Positions 49,596 to 62,653 of a DNA stretch of 64,000 nt are shown here, piece by piece. The first letter of the stretch is position 1, and each line of letters opens with the position of its first letter. Below the pieces are notes generated by a model. That model was not told where the DNA came from, searched no databases, and saw nothing but the letters and a program-made list of their open reading frames with translations. Position numbers and translations under genes: made by a program. Origin of the DNA: Gammaproteobacteria bacterium (GTDB taxonomy: Bacteria > Pseudomonadota > Gammaproteobacteria > HyVt-429); assembly GCA_013152415.1 (NCBI GenBank), contig JAADGI010000018.1, positions 13,046 to 77,045 on the forward strand, in the 5' to 3' direction.

Positions 49596-50954
49596 CTAGC
49601 CTTCGGCGATCTTTGGAATATTTTGCATCGATTTTTTGATCGCCTCTTCAGGGTAATCAAAATCTTCAAGCTCACCACTGAAGTAACGGTCATAGGCTGC
49701 CATATCAAAATGCCCGTGGCCCGATAGATTAAAGAGCAGTGTCTTTGCCTCACCCGATCTTTTGCAAGCCAAGGCCTCGTCAATACAGGCACGAATGGCA
49801 TGATTAGACTCAGGTGCGGGGATAATGCCCTCGGCCTTGGAGAACATGACGCCCGCTTCGAAGGTGGCAATCTGTGGCACAGCAATCGCCTCGATCAAAC
49901 CCTCGTTGTAGAGTTGTGAGACCAATGCGGAGTCACCGTGGTAGCGTAGCCCCCCTGCGTGGATGCCCGGTGGCATGAAGTCATGCCCCAGGGTGTACAT
50001 CTTCATCAACGGCGTCATGCCTATGGCATCACCAAAGTCATAGGCATATTTTCCCTTGGTCAGGGTAGGACAGGATGTCGGCTCGACCGCAACCAGGCGC
50101 ACATTTTTACCCGCCGCGTTATCGGCAAAGAAGGGAAAGGCAATGCCGCCAAAATTCGAACCGCCGCCACAGGGGGCAAACACCATGTCCGGATAATCTC
50201 CGGCCACCTCAAATTGTTTCTTTGCCTCCAGACCGATGATGGTCTGGTGCAGCAAGACATGATTGAGCACCGAACCCAGTGAATAGTTGGTGTCATCACG
50301 ACCGGCGGCCTCTTCAACGGCCTCGGAGATGGCAATCCCCAAAGAACCTTCCGAGTCCGGGTCTTGTGCCAGAATATTGCGCCCTGCCTCGGTCTGGTCG
50401 GTGGGGCTGGCCAAGACCTCGGCACCCCATGCCTGCATCATGGAACGGCGAAAGGGTTTTTGCCCATAGCTCACCTTGACCATGTAGACATGCACATCGA
50501 TACCAAACATCTGCCCCGCCAGGGCCAGCGCACAACCCCATTGCCCGGCACCCGTCTCTGTCGACAGGCGCTTTATGCCCGCCTCCTTGTTGTAATACGC
50601 CTGTGGGGTGGCGGTATTGGGCTTGTGTGAACCGGCAGGGCTAACACCTTCGTATTTGTAATAAATCTTTGCCGGTGTCCCCAACATCTGCTCTAAACGA
50701 TGCGCCCGGTACAGCGGACTGGGCCGCCACAGGCGGTAAATCTCACGCACCGGTTCCGGGATATCGATCCAACGTTGTGCGGAGACCTCCTGCTCGATCA
50801 GTGCCATGGGGAAAATGGCCGCCAGGGCCTCCGGACCAATGGGCTGGCCATCCGGACCCAGCGGAGGGGTCGGGGGGTTCGGCATATCGGCCACCACGTT
50901 GTACCACTGTTTCGGGATATCGGACTCATCAAGAAAAATTTTTGTATTTGACAC
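49596..50954 (-). CDS. trpB2: TrpB2-type tryptophan synthase beta-like PLP enzyme
   Basis: [15 protein letters not shown] (PLP Lys), [35 protein letters not shown]. Confidence 0.93.
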   Translation of the reverse strand: MSNTKIFLDESDIPKQWYNVVADMPNPPTPPLGPDGQPIGPEALAAIFPMALIEQEVSAQRWIDIPEPVREIYRLWRPSPLYRAHRLEQMLGTPAKIYYKYEGVSPAGSHKPNTATPQAYYNKEAGIKRLSTETGAGQWGCALALAGQMFGIDVHVYMVKVSYGQKPFRRSMMQAWGAEVLASPTDQTEAGRNILAQDPDSEGSLGIAISEAVEEAAGRDDTNYSLGSVLNHVLLHQTIIGLEAKKQFEVAGDYPDMVFAPCGGGSNFGGIAFPFFADNAAGKNVRLVAVEPTSCPTLTKGKYAYDFGDAIGMTPLMKMYTLGHDFMPPGIHAGGLRYHGDSALVSQLYNEGLIEAIAVPQIATFEAGVMFSKAEGIIPAPESNHAIRACIDEALACKRSGEAKTLLFNLSGHGHFDMAAYDRYFSGELEDFDYPEEAIKKSMQNIPKIAEG

Positions 50955-51110
50955 AATTTTCTCCCCTGTACATTTTTAAGAATGTAGACATGCTATCACT
51001 AATGCCCTCTAAACCGACAAATGAAGGTCCTCACGACTGTAATCTACTTTAGATCGCGCTCGACTCTAAAAAACCTATGCGCTATGTATTAAACAAAACC
51101 ACAGAAGTTC

Positions 51111-52556
51111 TCAACCAGGATGCGCCAAAGAACCTGCATAGAATACATTACAACGCTTACCACTAAGCAATTTAAGTGGCGCGGTGAGTGCGCCACTCAC
51201 CGGTGCAGTAATAGCCTTAAAAAAGCTGGGTTTCTCAATGGTAGGGTTGTCCAGAGCACCGTGGATCTTCTGGCTAAACGTCGCACAACCCTTTTTGTTG
51301 AGCACGGCAACAGTCATTCCATCAATATATCTGCTCACCAGATTGATGCGGCCACGCAAGGCAACACGGTTTTTGATTGTGGTGAAGGCGACGTCCTCCG
51401 CACGGGCAATGCCGTCTTTGATCGACCAACGTGAAACAAATTGATCCAGAGTCCCGGTGGCACCGGATGTGGCCTTGGCCACATTAGACAACTCCCGCCC
51501 CTTGACCATGGCCGTACCCCATGGCCCCATGAACATGAATGCGCCCAGATCCACTAGATTGATACGCTGTACCTTTTTGATTCGATCGAGCAGTTTATCG
51601 ACATTCACCCCATGCAAGGTGATCCCCTCTCCATTGACCAGGGTTTCGCCACCAAGGGTGGCCAGCATATTCTGCAGCGTCATGCCCTCCCAATGTAGAT
51701 TAACACTGGCACGGGCCGGCCCAGACATCACCGCTTGCTCGGACACGGTCTCCAACAATCTGGCGATATCGAAACCTTCCAGCTCAAATTGAAAATCCAT
51801 TTTGGCTATGGTCTTTGATTGATCAACGATGAGTTGCCCCTGGCCATGACCTTCAAATAGATTTGCACTCAGATTATTAAAACGTACCACCGGCCCAGAT
51901 TTTATTACCGACGATTTTATCTTGTTTATAGACGTATAAGGTGTTTGCAGCGATCTGATAGACAGTTTGCCGCTGGCCGACACACTGGAACCGTCATGCC
52001 TGCCTATGGATTTCAATTCGGAGCTATGGAGATGGAATTGGGCATCAACAAACCGTAAGGGCTGTCTCCAATTGGCCCGGCTAAAACTAATATCGGCATT
52101 TTGGATGCTCACATCACCGCTGTCCGCGATCTTTATCCTGAAACCATAGGGAATTGATGTCTCAGAACCATGACCTATACCCGAGGTGACCAGGCCCAGT
52201 TTGGATTCTGAAGTCAGGGAGATCTGCGGTGATATTAGATTGATGCGTTCAAATTGCAGCACTCGATCAAACAACGGTTTAATAGCGAGGTCCAACCGAA
52301 CTTTTTTCAGTGCGACAACTTGCCGACCGTCCTTGATAATGCGCGGCTTGCTGAGGACGAGCCCAAGGGTGGGAAACACCGTAAAGCTCAAGGGCCCATC
52401 CAGAATAACCTGGGCATCCAAGGCCTTGGAAGCCATGGCAGCGAGCTGTGGCCGATAGGCATTGAGGTCCACATAGCGGGCGATTAAAAAAGGTGCCGAA
52501 CCGATCAGAACAGCGAAGAAAATGAATAACAGGATCAGTCGTTTTATAAATTTCAA
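51111..52556 (-). CDS. AsmA-family protein
   Basis: N-terminal TM, D.N.YR..L, I.G.LSF..FP.LG, C-terminal I.G.LDNP. Confidence 0.85.
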   Translation of the reverse strand: MKFIKRLILLFIFFAVLIGSAPFLIARYVDLNAYRPQLAAMASKALDAQVILDGPLSFTVFPTLGLVLSKPRIIKDGRQVVALKKVRLDLAIKPLFDRVLQFERINLISPQISLTSESKLGLVTSGIGHGSETSIPYGFRIKIADSGDVSIQNADISFSRANWRQPLRFVDAQFHLHSSELKSIGRHDGSSVSASGKLSIRSLQTPYTSINKIKSSVIKSGPVVRFNNLSANLFEGHGQGQLIVDQSKTIAKMDFQFELEGFDIARLLETVSEQAVMSGPARASVNLHWEGMTLQNMLATLGGETLVNGEGITLHGVNVDKLLDRIKKVQRINLVDLGAFMFMGPWGTAMVKGRELSNVAKATSGATGTLDQFVSRWSIKDGIARAEDVAFTTIKNRVALRGRINLVSRYIDGMTVAVLNKKGCATFSQKIHGALDNPTIEKPSFFKAITAPVSGALTAPLKLLSGKRCNVFYAGSLAHPG

Positions 52557-52589
52557 CGCCAGGCCGCCTCCATCGACACGCCTCTCACC

Positions 52590-54506
<1,917 letters not shown>

Positions 54507-54507
54507 T

Positions 54508-54582
54508 CAGCTTTCCTACGCCGGGATCAGTCGGATCAGGTTATAAGGGTATAGTCTCAGCCTTGTTGGGCACCCCTAGCTG
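54508..54582 (-). ncRNA. TPP riboswitch (THI element)
   Basis: Minus strand reads CAGCU-AGGGGUGC...CUGAGA...AUACCC...AACCUGAUC...GGCGUAGGAA-AGCUG, about 60 nt upstream of thiC. Confidence 0.93.
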
Positions 54583-54770
54583 TATCAGGCCAGCCAACCT
54601 AAACAATTGCGCCGCCCAATGCAAGAAGGCCCATGAGATACAAAGGTTTTGGCGGCATCCTGTCTGCCCCGAGCCCGTTCGGCACCTGCTTGCACATCCC
54701 CCGTAAACCGCTTACCCTTAGCCGTTCTTATACCAAATATATCAGCCAGATTCAGACACAAGAGATAGCG

Positions 54771-55424
54771 ATGGATTTCGAGCAGGCACGTTTTAACATG
54801 GTGGAACAACAGATCCGCCCCTGGGCAGTGTTGGACCCACGCGTACTGGATCTGATTGGCCAGCTATACCGGGAAGATTTTGTCCCCAAGCAATATCGCA
54901 AATTGGCTTACGCCGATATGCGTATTCCCTTAGGTCATGACCAGGTCATGATGGCCCCCAAGACTGAAGCAAGATTACTCCAGGAATTGGAAATCAATCC
55001 TCAAGATCGGATGCTGGAAGTCGGCACCGGCAGTGGTTACCTAACCGCACTGTTGGCACGCTCTGGTGCGGAGCTTGTCAGCCTGGAAATTTATTCAGAC
55101 CTCGCCAATGAGGCAGAAAAAAGACTCGCGGCCCACAGTATCTCCAATGTCACCGTCGTCACTGGCGACGCGGCCGACACATATGGTAAATACGGTTTAT
55201 TCGATGTCATCGTGTTAACAGGTTCAGTACCACACATGCCGAATCACTATAGAAAAATACTGAACAAGGGAGGTCGTTTAGCCGCCATCGTTGGTCAGTC
55301 CCCCGCCATGGAAGCCATTGTCAGCACCCGGATGAGTGAACACAATTGGGTGGAACGTAGTGTGTTTGATACCGACCTGCCACGACTGATCGGGGTAGAT
55401 GAAGCACCCAAGTTTGTCTTTTAA
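54771..55424 (+). CDS. pcm: Protein-L-isoaspartate O-methyltransferase family protein
   Basis: EQARFNMVEQQIRPW.VLD, REDFVP, AYAD, LEVGTGSGY, GGRL. Confidence 0.88.
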   Translation: MDFEQARFNMVEQQIRPWAVLDPRVLDLIGQLYREDFVPKQYRKLAYADMRIPLGHDQVMMAPKTEARLLQELEINPQDRMLEVGTGSGYLTALLARSGAELVSLEIYSDLANEAEKRLAAHSISNVTVVTGDAADTYGKYGLFDVIVLTGSVPHMPNHYRKILNKGGRLAAIVGQSPAMEAIVSTRMSEHNWVERSVFDTDLPRLIGVDEAPKFVF

Positions 55425-55464
55425 TAGCCCACAAAACTCGTTCTTTACGGCACAAAGTGCCTCT

Positions 55465-56730
55465 TCAGGCTAACAGCTCATCTACAAGTGCCAGGGTCCT
55501 GGCCAGGGCACCCTTGTTTTCTTCGATAAGTTTTTTACCTGCCTCACCGGCATCAAAACGTCGGCTGGGATCTTCCAAATAGCCAACAACGGCCATGATT
55601 AACTCACCAGTATTTTTGACCTGCGTCCCTGCCGACCTATCAATTACCATCTGGCTGACCTCGGAAAAATTAAACATGCTTGGGCCAAATATTACCGGCG
55701 TACCCACCGCACAGGCTTCAAGAATATTGTGCCCACCAGTACCCACCAGACTACCGCCAACAAAAGCCACATCGGCAGCAGTGTAGAACAACAACAGCTC
55801 CCCCATGGTGTCACCGATGAGGATATCGACAGATTCATCCAGGGCTTGGCTCTTAAAATCACTACGTCGTGCGACCTTATAACCCGCTTTGCGACACAAC
55901 TGTTCCACCGTTGAGAATCGTTCTGGATGACGCGGCACCAATACCAATAACAGATTGGTAAATCGCTTTTTGATGTCAGGCAAGGCCTTGAGTATCTGCT
56001 CCTCCTCACCGTCCCGAGTGCTGGCAGCCAGCAACACATTGCGACTGGTGCCCCAATCTCGTCGTAATGCTTCACCAACCTCAAACAGACTGGCAGTCAA
56101 TTGTAATTCAAATTTGATATTACCGGTGATGCGAACCGTCATCAGGGGTGCGCCAATACGTCGCAGGCGTTGGGCATCCACCTCACTTTGCACACCAAAC
56201 AGGCCGACTTGCTCTAAGGTACTTCGGCTCAAACGGGAAAATCGTTCGTACCCTCGTGCAGATTTTTCCGACAAGCGCACGTTAGCCACCAGTAATGGGA
56301 TAGACCGCGCACGACAGGCATGAAATAGATTTGGCCACAATTCAGTTTCCATGATCACCACCAATCGTGGCTGACAATGCTCCAGGAAGCGAGTCACGGC
56401 ACCCGGAAAATCGTAGGGCACATAGCTATGCACCACCCGGTCGGCCAACAGTTGGCTGACCTGATCTGATCCGGTAGGCGTCATGGTCGTTACCAATACA
56501 CGGCAATCAGGATAACGCTCCAATAAACGATTGATCAGGGGAACAGCGGCACGCACTTCCCCCACGGATACCGCATGCACCCAATACACATCACGGGCAT
56601 CGGGGAACCGATAACCAAAGCGTTCCCCCCACCGCCGCCAATAGGCCGGGTTGCGCAGCCCACGCCACAACAGGCGCACCAGCAACCAAGGCGATAACAG
56701 ATAAAGCATTAGGGAATAGAATCGAATCAC
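55465..56730 (-). CDS. waaA: Kdo transferase
   Basis: WVHAVSVGE, TTMTPTG, METELWPN, GNIKF, VPRHPERF, DTMGEL, GGHNILE. Confidence 0.96.
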   Translation of the reverse strand: MIRFYSLMLYLLSPWLLVRLLWRGLRNPAYWRRWGERFGYRFPDARDVYWVHAVSVGEVRAAVPLINRLLERYPDCRVLVTTMTPTGSDQVSQLLADRVVHSYVPYDFPGAVTRFLEHCQPRLVVIMETELWPNLFHACRARSIPLLVANVRLSEKSARGYERFSRLSRSTLEQVGLFGVQSEVDAQRLRRIGAPLMTVRITGNIKFELQLTASLFEVGEALRRDWGTSRNVLLAASTRDGEEEQILKALPDIKKRFTNLLLVLVPRHPERFSTVEQLCRKAGYKVARRSDFKSQALDESVDILIGDTMGELLLFYTAADVAFVGGSLVGTGGHNILEACAVGTPVIFGPSMFNFSEVSQMVIDRSAGTQVKNTGELIMAVVGYLEDPSRRFDAGEAGKKLIEENKGALARTLALVDELLA

Positions 56731-56851
56731 ATGCAGCGAACTTAAATAATATTAAGGGCGGATACTGTTAATAGGTTCAACCATAACATAGATATGACCT
56801 GTGATTCAGGCCAACCAAAAGACGTCTTCTAATAAGATAACATAAAGACCC

Positions 56852-58423
56852 TTACTGCTTTCTGTTGGTATAAGGCAACAATTGCTCGCTCAAGTAACCT
56901 ACCAATTCTGGATCACACCATCGATTCCCAAGAAACCTTCTCACGTCCCGACTAAAATGCCAACGCCAAACCCAATCACTGCGATGTTGTCGTACCGCCT
57001 CCAAATCCAGCAAAACGGGACGGTTGTTCCGCAGTATGATGTTGGTGTCCTTCATATCACCGTGGCTGAGCCTTGCCACACACAAGCGCCTAAACAACCC
57101 GATAAGATTTTCCACCACCACGGCTCGTGATGCCATACGATGTATCGGCTGCTCAAAATACTCCCGGCAACGCTCACCGTCTACATATTCACTGATAAAG
57201 TACGAGACACCACGACACCATGAAATCTTTTTGTCCATGGCCGCAATTGGACGCGGCGTCTCTACCCCGCTACACAATAGTCGATGGGCATTACACCAGG
57301 CACGCTGGCTACGGCTGTTTCGAAAAACCGCTTTAAAAGCAGACCATCCGCCGCACCAGGTATATCGCTTGATCACCCATTGCTGTTTGTTGATTTCAAC
57401 ACGCACCACAGTGGTGGCTGGGCCCATCTTTAGCACTTTACCCCGACCCATAGCCGCATCCGGTGATCGTAACAGCTTGCGCAAACCAAAGGACTGTCGG
57501 AACGAAGAGTCGATGCATAGCCGACCCTGGCGACCTGAGCAACAAGCAGATTCTGCCGGAAGCAAATTATTCAACCATAGCAAGGCATGGTGCCCTGACT
57601 CCAATTTACCGAATGGATGGCGTCGCAACATACGCGAGGTTCGACTTACAACTTTACGCCACAGCGCAGCCTCTTCGACCAGTGCACGCGACCATGGCCT
57701 ATTTGTATAGGCCTGGATAAATCGCAGGCCATCTCGCCGGGCAAAGGGGACAGCCGACGGGCTCAACAACAATGAATACAACAACGCGGATAAATCTTTG
57801 ACAATCCAACGCCGGGGGGTGTGCCGTCTAAGCTGGGCCCGGTGCAGATCCATCACATAGAGTTTGATGGGATCATTTACAGCGGCGGGGCCATACCGAT
57901 CCACACGCAGGTGGCACAAATAAAAATCCCGGTGGTTGATACCGTGGGCATGAAGTTTATGGGCCAATGTCGCGACCGCACTTATGAGTCGGCGTTTTTG
58001 AACAACCCGGTTGGGGCCATACCGATCCAGGACATCTAACAAACCATGCTCCAGATCGATAGTGTGCTCCAGGGCCCGGGTGATAATGAAAGATCGACGT
58101 CGAGCAGGGTTCCAACCCTGCTCCCCCCAGGCCACCACCGACATCGTGGCAACACCCAAGGCCTCCAGGCGACGAATGGCCATACATTCAATCCGCGCAC
58201 TGACCACGGGTAGGCGCAGGTTAAAAAGATTCTTGAATATCTCCTTCCAGCCTACACCCTCATGTATCTTGATGAAAAAGGTCTGGCCACCACACTTGAT
58301 TTGGAGCACACGACGACGTGGACTGGACTTAATAATTTTGCCCTTAATGGACAGAAAATCGATGATGGAGGAATACTCCGAAAAAATATTTTGCACCTCT
58401 GGATGCACATAAAGCACCGTCAT
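56852..58423 (-). CDS. waaP: LPS heptose kinase WaaP fused to a second LPS-kinase domain
   Basis: N-half: K.H.GVGWKEI.KNL..LRLPV, GINHRDFYLCH, DLHRAQ, RW..KDL. C-half: VIKRY, SR..RAW.NA.RL, HGDMK.TN, LDL. Confidence 0.85.
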   Translation of the reverse strand: MTVLYVHPEVQNIFSEYSSIIDFLSIKGKIIKSSPRRRVLQIKCGGQTFFIKIHEGVGWKEIFKNLFNLRLPVVSARIECMAIRRLEALGVATMSVVAWGEQGWNPARRRSFIITRALEHTIDLEHGLLDVLDRYGPNRVVQKRRLISAVATLAHKLHAHGINHRDFYLCHLRVDRYGPAAVNDPIKLYVMDLHRAQLRRHTPRRWIVKDLSALLYSLLLSPSAVPFARRDGLRFIQAYTNRPWSRALVEEAALWRKVVSRTSRMLRRHPFGKLESGHHALLWLNNLLPAESACCSGRQGRLCIDSSFRQSFGLRKLLRSPDAAMGRGKVLKMGPATTVVRVEINKQQWVIKRYTWCGGWSAFKAVFRNSRSQRAWCNAHRLLCSGVETPRPIAAMDKKISWCRGVSYFISEYVDGERCREYFEQPIHRMASRAVVVENLIGLFRRLCVARLSHGDMKDTNIILRNNRPVLLDLEAVRQHRSDWVWRWHFSRDVRRFLGNRWCDPELVGYLSEQLLPYTNRKQ

Positions 58424-59658
58424 AATCCTGCCTTCCGGTTAAGCTGCGCCCGCATCATAATAATATCGGCGCTCCGATCTACCAGACTGCACAAATCCTG
58501 GCTTTTGGTGTAGGCGATGGCATTTTGTCGCCAGCTTTTAAGCGCGCTGTGACTCATCATTTCAACCAAACGCTGATTTAATTGTGACTGTTGAAACGGC
58601 AGGGGACAGATCAAACCCGCCCGTGCTTTATCAATATGGTGAGCATAACCGCAGGCCTCACTGGCCAATACTGGCAAGCCACAAAATAAGGCCTCAATGA
58701 GCACACCACCGGTATTTTCACGACGCGCTGGATGTAACAACAAATCGGCAGCAGCATAGTAGGCTGCCACTTGCTGTTGTGGACCGGCGAAATGTATTTG
58801 ATTTCGTACCCCCAAACGCCACGCCAGGCGCTGGTAACGGTTAACATCACCCGCGCCTACCACCACCATCTTGGTCCGTTTGCGTTGCGGCCTGTCTAGG
58901 CTGGCAATGGCGTGAATCCCCCGGTCCACACCCTTGGTGTGAAACGAAGACCCCATCATCAATATCACGAATACACCCTCACCAAAGTTCAGCACCTTGC
59001 GGGTCTTGATACGCAATTTGGGGTCATCAAAACAAGGCGTCAATCTCGAACTATCCATTCCTGGGGGCAGGCAATGGAAACGATGGGCTTCGGTACCGTA
59101 GTATTGCTCAAACCATTTTTGCTGGTCATGGGCGATGAGCAAGATATCGGTACTCGCACCTTTTTTAAACACCGTGGACTCTTGTTCGTGGTATTGACGA
59201 AAACGTGGCGTATGGGTATACCAGCCATTTTTGTGTTGAGTCCCTGCCACAAAACAAGGATTACCGGCATAGTAAACATCCAGGCCCTGCATGGGCGTAG
59301 AACTCACCACACAATCAAAACCCTTTTGCTTTTGCCAAACTTGTACACAATGGGCAAATTTGGCGTTAAAACCATGATTGGTCCAGGACCGTACCGGCAA
59401 AACCTCCATAGCTAAACCCGTAGGCCGGTCCCCTCTCACCCGTGCAACCAACACAACTACTTGTGCGCCCAGCTGTTGGCAACGCCTGGCGATCCGCAGA
59501 ACATTACGCGACAAGCCACTAGAAGGTGAGAGTGTCGCCACCGCAAAGATCACTCGTAGATGCGATGATGTCTGCGCAGCGACCTCTTCCGTTTCCAGAT
59601 TTAGCCGGGCGTTCTCTGCCAGAACAGGGCACGCAGGTATTTTCTCAGGTGTGGCCAT
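58420..59658 (-). CDS. GT4 glycosyltransferase, WaaG-like
   Basis: GSSFHTKGVDR, AADLLLHPA..ENTG.VL.EA, CGYAHHI. Directly upstream of waaP. Confidence 0.85.
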   Translation of the reverse strand: MATPEKIPACPVLAENARLNLETEEVAAQTSSHLRVIFAVATLSPSSGLSRNVLRIARRCQQLGAQVVVLVARVRGDRPTGLAMEVLPVRSWTNHGFNAKFAHCVQVWQKQKGFDCVVSSTPMQGLDVYYAGNPCFVAGTQHKNGWYTHTPRFRQYHEQESTVFKKGASTDILLIAHDQQKWFEQYYGTEAHRFHCLPPGMDSSRLTPCFDDPKLRIKTRKVLNFGEGVFVILMMGSSFHTKGVDRGIHAIASLDRPQRKRTKMVVVGAGDVNRYQRLAWRLGVRNQIHFAGPQQQVAAYYAAADLLLHPARRENTGGVLIEALFCGLPVLASEACGYAHHIDKARAGLICPLPFQQSQLNQRLVEMMSHSALKSWRQNAIAYTKSQDLCSLVDRSADIIMMRAQLNRKAGL

Positions 59659-60494
59659 TTGAGGATATTGATCGGTCTGGCTGCCAATGCCCGATGGTAA
59701 AGAGCAATCGTCTGTGCATAATCCTTGGCATAGTAGTGGGCTCGCGCCAGATTAAGCAAATGATTTGATTCAAATTGTTTTTGTCTGCCCATAAATCGAG
59801 GTGGAAGCAAAACCGGGTCAAATACCTGAGTCACAACCTGGTCCCCGGATTCACGGATACCGGAGATATTATCCCGCTTTCGCCCTGGGTGGTCATGCAC
59901 CTCCACCACCGGATTGGGAAAACCAATACAATAAAAACAGGCCAAGGCCTGGGCCTCAACAACGGTATCCTCATAATTTTGCAGCGCCTCCGGAAAATGC
60001 AAACGGTGGAACACCTGTCGCCGCCACAAAGCCGCCCCTGTGGGAATGCGCAGCTTGCCCTCAATATAGGCGATAAAATTGGCCAGGCGATCCTCATCAA
60101 GTCGTGGCCCTGGGTGCCTTCGCTGCCGACCCCGTGCATTTGTCGAAACATAGCCGCCAATCAAGACATCAACTCCAACATGGGCCTGCAACACCTGACG
60201 GAAATAACCCAAAGCACCAGGCAACAAACAATCGTCGGCGTCCAGAAAAATAAGATAATCGCCCCTGGCCATGTCAACACCACGGTTTCGTGCCGCTGCG
60301 GTACCTTGATTGGCTTGTCGAAAATAATACAGCTGTTTCCTGTAGGCTTGAATCCGCTCTTGGGTATCATCGGTAGAGCCATCGTCCACCAAAATCACCT
60401 CGTAATCATCGCCCTCCTGACTCAGTACGGAATCAAGTGCCCGTGGCAGAAATTCACCGTAGTTATAACTGGGGATGACTATCGAAAAACGCAT
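59601..60494 (-). CDS. GT2 glycosyltransferase
   Basis: SIVIPSYN, VDDGSTD, N.G.AAARN.G, FLDADD. Confidence 0.9.
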   Translation of the reverse strand: MRFSIVIPSYNYGEFLPRALDSVLSQEGDDYEVILVDDGSTDDTQERIQAYRKQLYYFRQANQGTAAARNRGVDMARGDYLIFLDADDCLLPGALGYFRQVLQAHVGVDVLIGGYVSTNARGRQRRHPGPRLDEDRLANFIAYIEGKLRIPTGAALWRRQVFHRLHFPEALQNYEDTVVEAQALACFYCIGFPNPVVEVHDHPGRKRDNISGIRESGDQVVTQVFDPVLLPPRFMGRQKQFESNHLLNLARAHYYAKDYAQTIALYHRALAARPINILKWPHLRKYLRALFWQRTPG

Positions 60495-60557
60495 TGCATT
60501 GCATGAGACCAAGCTGCCCACTCAATATCATGTGGCAGGGATAACGACTAACAGGCC

Positions 60558-61607
60558 CTAAGCCGCCGACGGTGCTTCAGCCTCAGCCCGGCTCGCCATA
60601 CCATCCCGTTCCCAGGTGTAGGCGGTACGACAAATCACGGCCAGATCCTGGTGTTGCGGTGTCCAATCCAGCACCTCATGAATACGTGTGGCATCGGCAA
60701 CCAGGGCGGGGGGGTCGCCGGCACGACGGGGGCCTATGGTCACTGGAAGATCTATACCACTGACCTGGCGCACCTGATTTAACACCTCACTGACACTGAA
60801 TCCACGACCATAGCCGCAGTTGAGTATTTCAGACTTGCCATCTACCGCAAGATAATCCAGCGCCGCAAGATGGGCGCTGGCAAGATCCTCGACATGGATG
60901 TAGTCACGTACACAGGTGCCATCAACAGTGTCGTAGTCATCGCCAAATACAGTGACGCCCTGGCGTTTGCCACAAACGGCCTCACAGGCCACCTTGATCA
61001 AATGGGTGGCCTCGGGCGTGGCTTGGCCGAGAGTACCATCTAGGCTGGCACCGGCAACATTAAAATAGCGCAGGGCCACGTAGCGAAAATCACCCTGGCC
61101 ATCAGAAGGTACAGAACCCAACTGGCGACTGACGGCCAGATCGTGCAACATCCACTCGGTCATCAGCTTGGACCGACCGTAGGGATTGATCGGTGCGGTG
61201 GGCGCGTCTTCACGGGCTGGTAAGACCTCCGGAATCCCATAGACCGCAGCACTGGAAGAAAAGATAAATTTATCGACTCCCGTCTCCATACAGGCCTGCA
61301 TCAAGCTCAAAGATCCGACGGTATTATTCAGGTAATACTTCTGTGGATTTTCCACCGACTCCGGGACCACGATATAACCGGCAAAGTGAATGACAGCCTG
61401 GATATCGTGGTCACGCAGCAAGCGCTCTACCAGCTCGCTGTTGGCCACATCACCTTCTACCAAAGTCGCATCGGCCGGTACCGCCCAACGATGACCTGAA
61501 TAAAAATTATCCAGCACCACCACCTGATGCCCTGCTGCTACCAGTTGCCGGGCAGTATGCGAACCGATATAACCAGCACCGCCGGTTACCAACACACTCA
61601 ATGCCAT
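60558..61607 (-). CDS. galE: UDP-glucose 4-epimerase
   Basis: VTGGAGYIGSH, HFAG...VPESV, FSSSAAVYG, YGRSK, LRYFNVAG, RDYIHV. Confidence 0.95.
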   Translation of the reverse strand: MALSVLVTGGAGYIGSHTARQLVAAGHQVVVLDNFYSGHRWAVPADATLVEGDVANSELVERLLRDHDIQAVIHFAGYIVVPESVENPQKYYLNNTVGSLSLMQACMETGVDKFIFSSSAAVYGIPEVLPAREDAPTAPINPYGRSKLMTEWMLHDLAVSRQLGSVPSDGQGDFRYVALRYFNVAGASLDGTLGQATPEATHLIKVACEAVCGKRQGVTVFGDDYDTVDGTCVRDYIHVEDLASAHLAALDYLAVDGKSEILNCGYGRGFSVSEVLNQVRQVSGIDLPVTIGPRRAGDPPALVADATRIHEVLDWTPQHQDLAVICRTAYTWERDGMASRAEAEAPSAA

Positions 61608-62653
61608 TATTCGTTCACCACCATTTTAGGCCTTAACATATTGTCCTCTACCGTCCGCCAAACCCTATCAGGCGTCAGACTGGCGTAACATGCCCCATAC
61701 CCAATCTGTTGCACAGAAGCTTGCCGACAAGATCGTTGCAGACAAGGGGCACAGGGGTAGTCCACGCTGAGCTGTATCTGGCCCGCTCCACGGGTACCGG
61801 TCAACGCCGGGTCACTGGCCCCATACAAACTCACCGACGGCACACCCAAGGCTGTGGCAAGATGCACCAAACCGGTATCCACCGCAACTGCCGCCTGGGC
61901 ACCGGCCAACAACTGGGCAAGATCAGCCAGTGATGCCCGGGGCACAACCTGGGCATCTTTGCTGCTTGCCGCTATGGAATGGGCGCGTTCCTGTTCGGCC
62001 CGATTACCCCAAGGGAGATAAACTCTATAACCCTCGTTATTGGCTCGTTGGGCCAACACTTGCCAGTACGAGTCCGGCCAATGCTTGCTGGCCCAATGGG
62101 TACCGTGAAAGAAAATGACATACGGCTCAGCTAATGTAGCCTTCTCTGACACTGAAAGGTCCAACCCAAATTGTGGCTCTGACTGTGGCAGCACGTAATC
62201 CAGCGCCTGGGAAAACAAGTGGCGCACACGATCGACGGCGTGCATGGCCTTGGGTACATTAAATCGCTGCTGGTAGGCGAAGCCCAAGAATCGCTCCCGT
62301 GCAGATTGACGGTCCAGACCGCATCGCCGACCCCGGGCCATGCGCGTCATGACGGCGCTCTTTAGCAAACCCTGGGCATCAATAATGTAATCATAGGACC
62401 GTGCCCTTAGCATGGTGCGAAAACAACCTAACTCACTACCGATACGCACACGACCTATCTGCCTGCGCCAACGTCGCGTCGCCACCGGGACCACACGATC
62501 CACCGCCGGGTGCCACCCTGGAATTTCCGCAAATGCCTCCTCCACCACCCAGTCGAAACGGATACCTGAAATGGCTGCACTCGCATCCGAGACTGCGGGC
62601 AGCGTGTGCAACACATCCCCGAGAGAAGAGGTTTTAACGATCAATACGCGCAT
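61607..62653 (-). CDS. waaC: LPS heptosyltransferase I
   Basis: VLIVKTSSLGDVLHTLPA, WVVEE.F, DAQGLLKSA, HAVDR.R.LF, VDTGL.HLA. Confidence 0.93.
   Translation of the reverse strand: MRVLIVKTSSLGDVLHTLPAVSDASAAISGIRFDWVVEEAFAEIPGWHPAVDRVVPVATRRWRRQIGRVRIGSELGCFRTMLRARSYDYIIDAQGLLKSAVMTRMARGRRCGLDRQSARERFLGFAYQQRFNVPKAMHAVDRVRHLFSQALDYVLPQSEPQFGLDLSVSEKATLAEPYVIFFHGTHWASKHWPDSYWQVLAQRANNEGYRVYLPWGNRAEQERAHSIAASSKDAQVVPRASLADLAQLLAGAQAAVAVDTGLVHLATALGVPSVSLYGASDPALTGTRGAGQIQLSVDYPCAPCLQRSCRQASVQQIGYGACYASLTPDRVWRTVEDNMLRPKMVVNE

Noticed and set aside
49523-49885. 121-aa N-terminal extension of the OmpA-family ORF
   Set aside because: It overlaps trpB2, and the RBS and signal peptide begin at 49522.
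57024-57710. 228-aa plus-strand ORF (likewise 59775-60506)
   Set aside because: Both are antisense to well-supported LPS genes and have no recognisable motifs.
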